From contig NC_068981.1 of the NCBI RefSeq assembly GCF_001194135.2, forward strand, positions 198,153,749 through 198,195,534: a stretch of DNA of 41,786 nt, written 5' to 3'. A program made the translations under genes and the position numbers. This stretch comes from Octopus bimaculoides (taxonomy: Eukaryota). The notes beneath the pieces are model-generated. The model made no database searches, was not told the origin of the DNA, and worked only from the letters and a program-made list of their open reading frames with translations. This document shows positions 11,641-21,880 of the stretch, piece by piece; position 1 is the first letter of the stretch, and every line of letters starts with the position of its first letter.

Positions 11641-11836
11641 TTAAAACCCTTACAATACCAACCTGGCTGAAACCGGTTCTGGCTCTGTCGTACAAATGTC
11701 TTGTTTTCATAAGTTTTGAATTAAAATCTTCCACAATTCATGTTCCTAACACTAGCTTAATGATAACAAAGTTATTTTATTAAATTCTTTGTTATATTTA
11801 ATATTAATTGAAAGAAACAGAGAGCATCTCAAAATA
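11641..11836 (+). mobile_element. Truncated copy of the piggyBac-type MITE, flanked by a 28-bp direct repeat
   Basis: Reverse-complement homologue of 30911-31130. aaaataatcccattatcaaaatgtttaa occurs at 11617-11644 and 11831-11858. Confidence 0.75.
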
Positions 11837-12243
11837 ATCCCATTATCAAAATGTTTAAGCTATGAGATAACGGCATCGATTCAAAGCAAGGTGAATAGAT
11901 AAGCATTGGATTTGAGTGAGGAATCTGAATCCACAAGTGATTCTGTAGACATTATGGTTGGAGACAAGTTGTAAGCAGTATTCTTCACTTGCACTGATGT
12001 GAGTGAACTACTTGAAGAATTGGATGCAGGTGGATATTGGAGGTGTTAGGATGTTGTTTGAAATAAGTAGGGGAAGGATTTTCGTCTCTCCCTTAATTGT
12101 AATTATGTTTGAGAAAGAGAAAGAATATGAGAAAGAGGGAAAGAAAACCTACTTTGAGTACAAATGATGCATTCAATGCCTTAACGATGTTTCTTCCTAA
12201 TTATTTTCTTTTCAGTTGCAGAGCAAAAATACCTGTTGAAATC

Positions 12244-12256
12244 ATGGCGGAGAAAG
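12244..12256 (+). CDS. Probable start-codon exon of the host gene (exon 12216-12256; coding MAEK plus phase-1 base)
   Basis: Polypyrimidine acceptor ttattttcttttcag (12215), Kozak-like aaatcATGG, donor AAAG|gtattt. Phase 1 is compatible with the exon at 15354. Confidence 0.45.
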
Positions 12257-12369
12257 GTATTTATTTATTCTTTAATCATAGTTCTGTAAAATTTTCTCTT
12301 TGAGACTTGAATTTTAAAAAATAAGACTTGTGAAAATTTACAGAAATAAAACAATAAAACTTTTACCCA

Positions 12370-12640
12370 TCATCATCAGCAGCAGCATCAGCGTTTTCAT
12401 CATCCTCATCATCATCATCATCATTGTCTTCATCATCATCATCATTTTTGCATCCCCTTTTCCTTTGCTTGCAGAGATCAGATGGAATCCATTGAGGCAG
12501 CATTTTCTACGGCTGGGTGCCTCTCCTGTCACCAACCTTCACCTGCTTCGAAGCAAGATAATATTCCTCCAATACCAAACGTGTTTCTGTAGAAGATAGG
12601 AAACAAAGGACACTGCTTGTTTCTTTGTGTCTCTCATTGA
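12370..12640 (-). mobile_element. RTE-tailed SINE fragment with (GAT)n tail
   Basis: Homologous to 14830-15000; (CAT)n run at 12370-12447. Confidence 0.6.
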
Positions 12641-12670
12641 CGACCACCAGGGAATGCCAAGAAAATTATG

Positions 12671-12709
<39 letters not shown>

Positions 12710-12984
12710 TTCTTATATGCATATATATGTGTGTGTATGTACTAGAATGAGAAGTGCAGATGTGGAATGCTAGAATATTCTTACGTATTGAATCTGTAAA
12801 AATACAGGAACCAGTTAATTGTACAGGGAACCTCATAATCCTCTCAGCTATAGAGTAAACAAAGGGGCCTCTAAATGATGACGTGATTTGCTAGAAAAGG
12901 CAGTTAAATCTTCTTCATGTAACACCTAACATCTTAAACAAGGAAGGACGCTTGGGTGTGTTTATGGTCAGAATATCTCTGACC

Positions 12985-13160
12985 TGGTTCTACACTTCAT
13001 AAGAGGAATCAATCGTTGCATGCAAGAGAGAAGACTGCATTGGTTTGGAAATGTGATGCGTATGAATGAAAATAGCTGTATCTAGAAGTGTTGATTGCTT
13101 AAAGGGGATGGCAACTGTGGAAGAGAGAGCCAATCTCAAGAAGACAATGGATTCAGATGT
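12985..13160 (+). mobile_element. RTE LINE C-terminal remnant
   Basis: IRGINRCMQERRLHWFGNVMRMNENSC is homologous to 23790-23930. Confidence 0.65.
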
Positions 13161-14750
13161 CTGGTAATAGAAGGTTCTTGGGAAGACCTCTCCACCTCAG
13201 TGAAACTGAGTTCTCAGAGTGCTGTGTCTTCCACCCCTATGTCACATTAAATCGTTCATACACCCTGCCTCAATCGACCAAAGCTACATTTCTGCTCCTC
13301 TTCTTCATGCACTATACTTATCTCTCCGTCTCTTCTCCTGCAGCCCGATCCTGTCCTTCCACTCCTGCTGGCATTCACATGGACTCCCTATTCATGCACC
13401 CTGGCAAATCCAATACTAACCCATTTACATTCCCATCCTCATACTTTAAGAGTATACCCTGCTACATTGCCACCATGGTCTCCTCTCTCTCTCTCTCTCT
13501 CTTTCTCTTGCTCCTTCCCTCTGACGAGGGTAACCCTGTATCACCATGTTGGGGAATGCTTCCCCCCCCCCACCCAAATGAATGAAAGTGGATCAGCACA
13601 TTGCTCTAAATTGAAGAATTGTCCGAGTGTCAGCCGTTGAATGATTGGCAAGCAGTTGACTGTGAGCTGTTTGGCAGGGAGTGTTTAACCTCATATTTCT
13701 TTCTTCTGTCCTTCGTTAAATCATTTATCCAACATACAAGGATACAAGACTCCACTACAGCAAGGCACCTGTCTCCATCGTTCTGTCATACTTTGTCTAC
13801 ACATCACATCACATCACAAAGCCACCTCCTTCAATACCACTGCCCTTCCTCTCAAAAGATCCTTGTTTTGCAAGTTACTTGGTGACCTTGCTGGAGCTGG
13901 TGCCATGTATAAAACATCCAGTCCACTCTGTAAAATGGTTGGCATTAGGAAGGGCATCCTACTATAAAAACCATATGAAAGGAGACCTTACCTCACTTAA
14001 ACTGCCCCTAGCCCTCTCTGTGAAATGGTTGGCATTAGGAATGGCATCCAAATGTAAAAAAACATGCCAAAGCAGACCCTGTCTATCCCCACTACTACTA
14101 ATACCCCAGTTACTTGCTTGTGGACAGGCCCCCTCTCTCTTTCTCTCTTGACTCTCTCCCATATTCCTTCTCCTTCCTTGTCCTACTAGCCTTTCACCCT
14201 TTCAGGGTTCAAGAAATAAATACCAGTTGAATACTCGGGATGACGCAATCAACTAACCTTTCCTTCCAAATTGCTGGCTTTGTGTCAGAATTTGAAATCA
14301 AGGTTTATCTTTAGAAATAATTGGATAGTTCTATGTATTTTTAGTGAAATAATTTTTTTTTTGTCTAAATAACTTCATCACTATCTTGTCTCTGATGTTG
14401 TAATGTCTTTAACCAAAGTACAATATTCTAGAATACAAGAATGAGCCCCAACGAGAAATGTTGAAATTTCCATCTCTACCTTAAAATACACACATTTTAA
14501 TGATCTGAAGACCTTTACACAGTTGCTCAGGCTGACAGAAATAGCAGGAAAGTATCCCTCCCATTACACCCTGCATTCTTCAAAACGGGAGCTACCATTC
14601 TAGATATTGGAATGGTCGAGGCTGGATCGTCTTTCATCATAAATCTGCTCAATCAAGTTTTGTTTCTTATATTTTACACTTTATTTATCCCTAAATAGAA
14701 ATACCTTTTACGTTTAAGGATCAGTAAACATTAACTAAAGGATTAGTTAA

Positions 14751-15183
14751 TCATCAGCACCATCATCATGATCATCATCACCGTTTTAACGTCTGCTTTT
14801 CCATGCTTGCATGGGTTGGACAAAATTTGATGAGTTGGATTTTCTACAGCTGGATGCCCTTCTTGTTGCCAACCCTCACCTATTTCCAAGTAAGGTAATG
14901 TTTCCCAGTGACCAGACATGTTTTAAGGAAGACTGGAAATGAAGGACACTGCTTGTATGACAGGGACACTCGTTTACAACAAGCATGTGATGCCAAGGCA
15001 TGGAGACAGTAACATACAGACAGATGGCTTCTTTCAGTCTTTGTCTACCAAATCTACTCATAAGGCTTTGTTCAACCTAAGGCTATAGTGGAATACATTT
15101 GTTCAAAGTGCTACACAGTGGGATTGAACTGAAAACCATATGGCTGGGAAGCAACCTTCTTACCACACAGCCACACCTGTGCC
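14751..15183 (-). mobile_element. tRNA-headed SINE with RTE-type 3' tail
   Basis: The head ggcacaggtgtggctgtgtggtaagaag... matches 24550. The 3' end aagggcatccagctgtag...catgcaagcatggaaaagcagacgttaaa(GAT)n matches the RTE tail. Confidence 0.75.
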
Positions 15184-15353
15184 TATATGGAGTTATTAAA
15201 TTATTGGAACTGCATTTTAATGCTGAAATCTCCAAATTTGTAGAATTCTCAAAATCATTTAAATGTAAAATGTGCTAAAATGTCAGTAAATTGACTTCAA
15301 TTTGATTCTTTTACCAAAATTTCATTTATTTCCATTCCCTGTATTCATTGCAG

Positions 15354-15587
15354 ATTTTGAGTACGTTCAGAAGATGTGCCAAAAAAAACCCTTGAAAGGA
15401 AATCCACTGAAAGTGGATAGAATTGAGGAAATAAAGAGTGTTCAAGTGAAAACAGTTTCTTCAAATGTCAGCTCTGAGAGTCTTGAAAGCTATTTTGGAG
15501 ACAGAGAAAGAAGTTCTGGTGGAGATATTTCTTCAATACGACAAGAGACCAAAGATACTTACATTGTAAGTTTTAAAGAGGCATTTG
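15354..15587 (+). CDS. Internal coding exon of the host gene: RRM-like module of PARP14/PARP10/NMI-IFI35 type
   Basis: cag| acceptor and G|gtaagt donor; 234 nt, phase 1-1, open frame. The peptide SVQVKTVSSNVSSESLESYFGDRERSSGGDISSI...TYIVSF fits the recalled L..YF....RSGGG.V...A+V.F pattern. Confidence 0.7.
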
Positions 15588-16436
15588 GTAAGTAATTCTG
15601 TTTCTTCTCTCTTTATCTAGTCTACTTATCAGAAGCAGTTATTATCATTCTTTTAATTCAGGTTTTGTTGGAACTCCCGGAGGCTTGCTATCCACAGCCT
15701 ACAGTACCATGGTATCTATTCTGTTTAGCCTGATGATAATGATGTTTATGGTCAATAAAATAAGTACCATTTGAGCACTGGGGTCGATGTAATTGACTTT
15801 GCCACTCTCCTGAAATTGTTGGCCTTGTGTCAAAATTTGAAACCAAAATTCCAGTGATGTTTATCTTAATATATAAAGCTGATGTTGTGTGTCTGTGTGA
15901 AGCCTTTTTAAAAGTTTATAGAAATCCACATTTTCCACTTTTTCGTAAAAATTTTTACATCAATGGAATTTTCTCGATGTGAACTTTCCAGTGCAGTAAT
16001 TAGATTTTTAAAATTCCGTTTACTTTGTGTGATTTAAGGGAGATTTGGCTGTTGTTTCTAGCAACTTTTATATTTCTTCCCTTCTGCCTGGCACAGCGTT
16101 CTTACACACGCGCTCAACAGAGAGAGAAAGTGATACATACAACGTCATAGATTAAACTTTCTTCTCAGTATTCTTTACTTATTTTTCATAACATTGATAC
16201 GTAAAAACACACAACCACACATACGTAATCTGTGACAACAACATACACATTGCTCCCGTTCTCTATCTCCCCCTCTTCCTCTCTTCCTCTCTCGCTCTCT
16301 CAAACGCATATACGTGCAAGTAAACACAATCATTCACGTTCGTCAATGTGGCATAACTACAGAGTTGTACCCACCGACTTTGGAAGGTCATAGCTTTCAG
16401 AAAAATGAATATCTTTTTATGAAATTTTCTATGCAT

Positions 16437-16757
16437 ATATTATTTATTATGTAAATTCCGAATATACAAAAATTTTCGGTAAAAGTGTTTTGGGAGGGAG
16501 TAGGAGACAATTTTTTGAAATTCCAATTAAATTCCTTTTAACTTCCAGGAAAATGAATATTTTTTTCGTGAAATTTTCTACAAATATACCTTGATGTATG
16601 CACATTTCAAGCATGTAGGAATTTTGAAGGAAACAACTGCAGGTTATTTTTGAGAAGTGTTCCCCACTCCGTGGTATTTCGGAGCAAGTCGTCCATAATT
16701 GTTTCATTTTTCTCAATTATGTGCGTATGTGCATCCGTAGATTTCTAATGAAGTAGA
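16437..16757 (-). repeat. Unclassified ~320-bp dispersed repeat (copy 2)
   Basis: Reverse complement of 8717-9042. Confidence 0.8.
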
Positions 16758-16907
16758 AGCCGTCGTAAGAAAACTCTTAACTACCTCTATTCCTTTCTCC
16801 CCTCTCTCTACCTCTTCCTCTCAAACGCATACACGTGCAAGTACACAATCATTCAGTAAAATATAACTAACGTTCGTCAATGTTTTGTAAATATACCACG
16901 ATTTTCA

Positions 16908-17090
16908 CTAGGGTGTTAGGGTTAGGGTTTTAGGGTCAGGGTTAGAGGTTGGGGTTTAGGGTTACGGTTACGGTTAGGGTTAGGATTAGTGTTACGGTTA
17001 CGGTTTTAGGGTCAGAGTTAGGGCTTTAGTGTTAGGGTTAGGGTTAATATTAGGGTTACTTTTAGGATTAGGTTTAGGATTAGGGTTGGG
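16908..17090 (+). repeat. Degenerate interstitial (TTAGGG)n array
   Basis: About 30 variant hexamers (ttaggg, ttacgg, tcaggg, ttagga, ttagtg). Confidence 0.9.
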
Positions 17091-17713
17091 TAATCGTCCG
17101 AGTGTTAATCTGAAAAATTACAGATATGTGAAAAGTACCGACCCTGCCATCTATTATAACTTTTGTTGTTCTGTTTAATATATACATAGATTATGCCTCC
17201 AAAGAAGAGAGTTTGCTGGGGAAAGAAAGCAACCGGTTTAAAATGACAGCAACAGACTGCAACAATTCACCACATTCCAGAAGCTACTTTAAACATAATG
17301 CAAAATGGTGCATCAACATCTGCCCAATCTGATAGAATTCTGTTTTCACTTTTTCGATATCAGTGAATAATTTCAATGGAAAAAGGTACATATATTTGCC
17401 AAGAATTATCTTTTGCATCGAAGGTCNNNNNNNNNNNNNNNNNNNNNNNNNNNNNNNNNNNNNNNNNNNNNNNNNNNNNNNNNNNNNNNNNNNNNNNNNN
17501 NNNNNNNNNNNNNNNNNNNNNNNNNNCTGAACCCGGGACCATGTGGTTGGTAAGCAAGCTACTTACCACACATATAATAGAAATATGTTGAAAAAAACAA
17601 AATAGAAACTACCCGTGGAAATGTAAGGGGAAAGTAAGCAGAAAAATAAGAGAAAATGCACAATGAAAATCAAAAAGGTAAGGCTTTATATGCAAAGTAA
17701 CGATATATATATA

Positions 17714-20494
17714 CAATTAGATGAACTGAGGTAGGAATAAAGGTAAAAAAAGTCATTATTGTGAATTGTTAAAGAGATTTACAAGCATACCGGTTTCGTA
17801 ATAATACTATTCATTGCTTTGAGTATACACTGAATTCTGAACGGTGTCAAGTCTACTAGTCCCTTAGTAAAAAGATTATGTGTAAGGGCGGTAATTAGTT
17901 CTGGATTTGGTGCAATTAGGGTAGATCTGGATTTGTGGTGTGAATGGCGTATGGGATGTATGGGGGTTAGTGATATTAAACGGAAGATTAGTGGTGTTCT
18001 ATATGATGTTATGTGTTTATATTTAGTTAAGAAAGATATTTATTAATGAAAATTGCCTCTTTATTCATTCTTTGTTGTGTTGATGTGTTCTGTGAACATT
18101 GACAGAAGGGAAAAATTAGGAAATTAGGATTAAGATTCCTCGCACACCTTTCTATGTGTCCACTGACCTGTATCTGTCTGTAATGTGGGTGGCGGATTTG
18201 TTCTTTGTGGAGAGTAGTCCTTCTACGGAGTGATATTCCTGTTTGGCCAATATAGTAATTACTGCACCCTAAGCATGTAATGGCATAGATTAGATTTTAT
18301 GAGGTACAGGTGAAATTTGATTTAATCTTAAAAATTTCACCTTGTCTAAAGTGGAACTCAGAACCCTCCAAAAGGTGGGGCAAGTCCCACAGTTAGGTCG
18401 ACCACATTTTTTTACTTTTGGTTCTGTTGTTAATGGATACAGTCTTGCACTGGTTAATATTTTTTTCAGTGATTTAGGTTGCATTTTACTTTTGATAATT
18501 TTGTGTGAGTCTAAAATTTTGTTCATTGTTTTATCTCTTGTAACGATGGGAAGATTTTGGATGATAACGTTGGTTCTAGGGTTATGTGTGGAGATGTATG
18601 GGAGTATTTTTAAGTCTGGTTTAGCATTTCGGTTGACTTCCCTTAATGTTTGTATGTATATTTCCTTAGCTCGTTTGATTCCATTATTTATTAAAGATAT
18701 TGGGTAATGTCTCTTGATTAGTATTGATCTGAGTTCAAGAAGTCTTTGTTCACGAGTCTAGGAGTCCGAAACTATAGTACAGATTCTTTTCGCTAGATTA
18801 TAAGGTATATCAATTTTTATGTGTTTGGAGTGGCATGAGTTAAATAATAGGTATTGTTTAGAATCTGTAGGTTTATAGAAGATGTCTGTTTCTATGTGGT
18901 TATTGACTATTTTAATTAGGATGTCAAGAAAAGGGAGTTGTTTACTGCTGTGTTCCATAGTGAATTGTATGTTGCTGTTAATATTGTTAAGCATTATTTT
19001 GAAATCGAGGAGTTTGNNNNNNNNNNAATCACTGGTGCAGCTCGGGTTCCCATTGCAATTCCACATTTTTGTTGATAGTAAACTGTATCGAACATGAAAT
19101 AGTTGTTCAGTAGGATGAATTTGAGTGCTGCGATTATGAATCTGTGGTTGATGCGCCCTGAGATCTCTTGTGGGTATTTTTCTAGCCAGAAGGAGATCGC
19201 TTCTATGCCATAATCATGTGGGATATTGGTGTACAAATTCACCACATCGAATGATACTAACAAGGTTCCTTCATTTATTCTCTTTGGGAGGTGGTTAAGC
19301 ATGTCTAAGTCATCCCTGATGAAGCTTTTCACATATTTTAGAAACGGTTTGAGTAAGATGTCGAGGAAGTTGCTCAAATGGTGGGTCTCACAAGCAGGGC
19401 CAGCAATGATGGGTCTCAGTTTGAGGTCAGTAGGGGGAGGAATATTAATGCAGAGGCTTGGAGAAACTTTGCAAGCTTTACAAATATGTGGATCCTTGTG
19501 TATTTTGGGTAATCCATAGAATAGACTAGGTCTGTATTTAAAATTGGATAAATAGTCAATTTCATGTTTAGTTAAACCCTTTCCATGTAATTGAAGTAAG
19601 GAGAATAAGTTTTTAAAAGTCTTCTGTGGGTTGTATTGTACTATCTTCTCATAGTAAATATTATTTTCCAACATGGATACTACTAACTTTTTGTAGTACT
19701 CTGTGTCCATCACTACTACCGCACTTCCTTTATCGGCTTCTTTAATGGTGAGGATTGAATCATTTTTTTATCTCAATTAGTTCTTTCCATTCGTTTACAT
19801 TAAGATTGGATTTAATTAGTTGTTTTTGTAGGGTATTAAAAGGAAAACTGGTAATGTGTCCACAAAAAGCATCAAGTGCTTTATTTCTGCCTTTTGTAGG
19901 ACAGTATTCACTTTTGTTTTTTGCTATAGACTCATCTTCGCTGGTGTAGTTGTGTAGTGCTTCTGCGAGGCGTAATTTTCGGCAGAAATCCATAGTGTTA
20001 TCCTTAATTTCATTAGGGTTCGATCTGCGAGGGGTTGGGGTAAACTTTACACCTCTTGCTAGAATTTTAGTTTGTGTAGCACTTAGGATTTTCGCTGATA
20101 AGTTGATTATCTTTGGTTGTTTTTGAACATTTTGTTCCATTTCACATCTTTGTTTCTCTGATTTAAGTCTAAAAAATGGTTGTCGTACGTGGATTGTTGT
20201 AGAAAGTCTCTGTTGTGTTTGGTTTGCCGAGGAGAAAATGGGGTAAAGTGTATCTGTGGTAGTATGTTGGTGGTGGAGTGGCTGTGTAGCAGACTAGATT
20301 ACAGTTGTAGTGAGGGTTGTTATATTGTCTATGGTTGATGTGGTTTGGGTTGAATTTATTTTGAATGTTGTAATGTGGGTGGAGGGGAAAGTTATGTTGT
20401 TTAGTTAGGTTGTGTCTAGTTGAATGATTGAAGTAACCATGTTGAGGGTTAAGTCTTGAAGGAAAATTCTTCCATTTATTGTGAGATGATGGAG

Positions 20495-20497
<3 letters not shown>
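17714..20497 (-). mobile_element. Near-full-length Penelope-like element, Naiad-like, bracketed by (TA)n
   Basis: N-terminal IINLS..L...KILARGVKFTPTP; DKG..VVVMD; RT LRPIIAGP, SFDVVNLYTNIPH, QKCGIAMGT; KCGRPNCGTCP knuckle; NLIYAITCLGCSNYYIGQTG GIY-YIG. It has a frameshift in the A-run near 19765, a TAG at 18758, and the YxDD region is missing at a gap. Confidence 0.9.
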
Positions 20498-20531
<34 letters not shown>

Positions 20532-20564
20532 TAGATAGATAGATACACACACACACACACATAT

Positions 20565-20772
20565 ATGTGACCACGTGTGTATCGTTGGCGATTTTCTTTC
20601 TCTGTCTTCTCTTCTTTGGACTTATGCCATGTTTCTGACGTAGATCTCCGATCGAAATGTTAAATCCTCTTTCTTTTCTTTCCTTTCCTGAGTGTCCAAT
20701 AACACTGTACTTTTTCCACGTCCTCGCGTTGTTTTTTCGTGTTTTTTCTTGCTTGTTTATGTTTGGATTGAC
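20565..20772 (+). mobile_element. Isolated PLE pLTR-like 3' end with hammerhead, between microsatellites
   Basis: Pyrimidine-rich ~210-bp unit ending at (TA)n and containing a hammerhead-like core. Not homologous to the adjacent Naiad-like 3' UTR. Confidence 0.6.
20631..20665 (+). ncRNA. Minimal hammerhead ribozyme, mutated
   Basis: gttt-CTGACGTA-GATC tcc GATC-GAAA-TGTT-aaat. Confidence 0.6.
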
Positions 20773-21880
20773 TATATATATATATATATATATATNNNNN
20801 NNNNNNNNNNNNNNNNNNNNNNNNNNNNNNNNNNNNNNNNNNNNNNNNNNNNNNNNNNNNNNNNNNNNNNNNNNNNNNNNNNNNNNNNNNNNNNNNNNNN
20901 NNNNNNNNNNNNNNNNNNNNNNNNNNNNNNNNNNNNNNNNNNNNNNNNNNNNNNNNNNNNNNNNNNNNNNNNNNNNNNNNNNNNNNNNNNNNNNNNNNNN
21001 NNNNNNNNNNNNNNNNNNNNNNNNNNNNNNNNNNNNNNNNNNNNNNNNNNNNNNNNNNNNNNNNNNNNNNNNNNNNNNNNNNNNNNNNNNNNNNNNNNNN
21101 NNNNNNNNNNNNNNNNNNNNNNNNNNNNNNNNNNNNNNNNNNNNNNNNNNNNNNNNNNNNNNNNNNNNNNNNNNNNNNNNNNNNNNNNNNNNNNNNNNNN
21201 NNNNNNNNNNNNNNNNNNNNNNNNNNNNNNNNNNNNNNNNNNNNNNNNNNNNNNNNNNNNNNNNNNNNNNNNNNNNNNNNNNNNNNNNNNNNNNNNNNNN
21301 NNNNNNNNNNNNNNNNNNNNNNNNNNNNNNNNNNNNNNNNNNNNNNNNNNNNNNNNNNNNNNNNNNNNNNNNNNNNNNNNNNNNNNNNNNNNNNNNNNNN
21401 NNNNNNNNNNNNNNNNNNNNNNNNNNNNNNNNNNNNNNNNNNNNNNNNNNNNNNNNNNNNNNNNNNNNNNNNNNNNNNNNNNNNNNNNNNNNNNNNNNNN
21501 NNNNNNNNNNNNNNNNNNNNNNNNNNNNNNNNNNNNNNNNNNNNNNNNNNNNNNNNNNNNNNNNNNNNNNNNNNNNNNNNNNNNNNNNNNNNNNNNNNNN
21601 NCAATGTCCTGCGCCATGAAGACCAAAGACTTGAAGTGTTTCATGTTGCAAGAGAGTGTGTGAAAGAGAATCATAATGTCATAGGAGAGAAATGTGTCTG
21701 CATGGATGATGGCTCACTTGTGTTCATTGAGGCTGTAAAGAGAGAGACTTGGAGACGCCATTATGAAAAGTTGCTAAATGAAGAGAACGAATGGGAGAAA
21801 GAGAGTCTGCCAAATGTCGACCCAACNNNNNNNNNNATATATATATATATATAGATATATATATATGTATATACATACAT

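Larger units (their letters stand above)
15864..17426 (+). mobile_element. Probable Helitron 5' arm (3' end lost in the gap)
   Basis: A|TCTTAATATATAAAG is a Helitron-style 5' terminus. The arm includes an internal direct repeat, a TTAGGG array and an MPPKKR start at 17193. No 3' terminus is visible. Confidence 0.4.

Noticed and set aside
16908-17090. True telomere or chromosome-fusion scar
   Set aside because: The array is short, highly degenerate, single-orientation and embedded in repeat sequence, with no head-to-head junction.
17714-20497. Selenoprotein-type Naiad (in-frame UGA and SECIS)
   Set aside because: The TGA at 19760 arises from a one-base slip in an A-run, the other stop is TAG, no UGA sits at Cys positions, and no SECIS-like stem is seen in the 3' UTR.
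21602-21826. Exact duplicate of 22103-22360
   Set aside because: Identical sequence flanked by gaps; the 36-N gap in the second copy corresponds to only 2 bases in the first. This is a scaffolding artefact.
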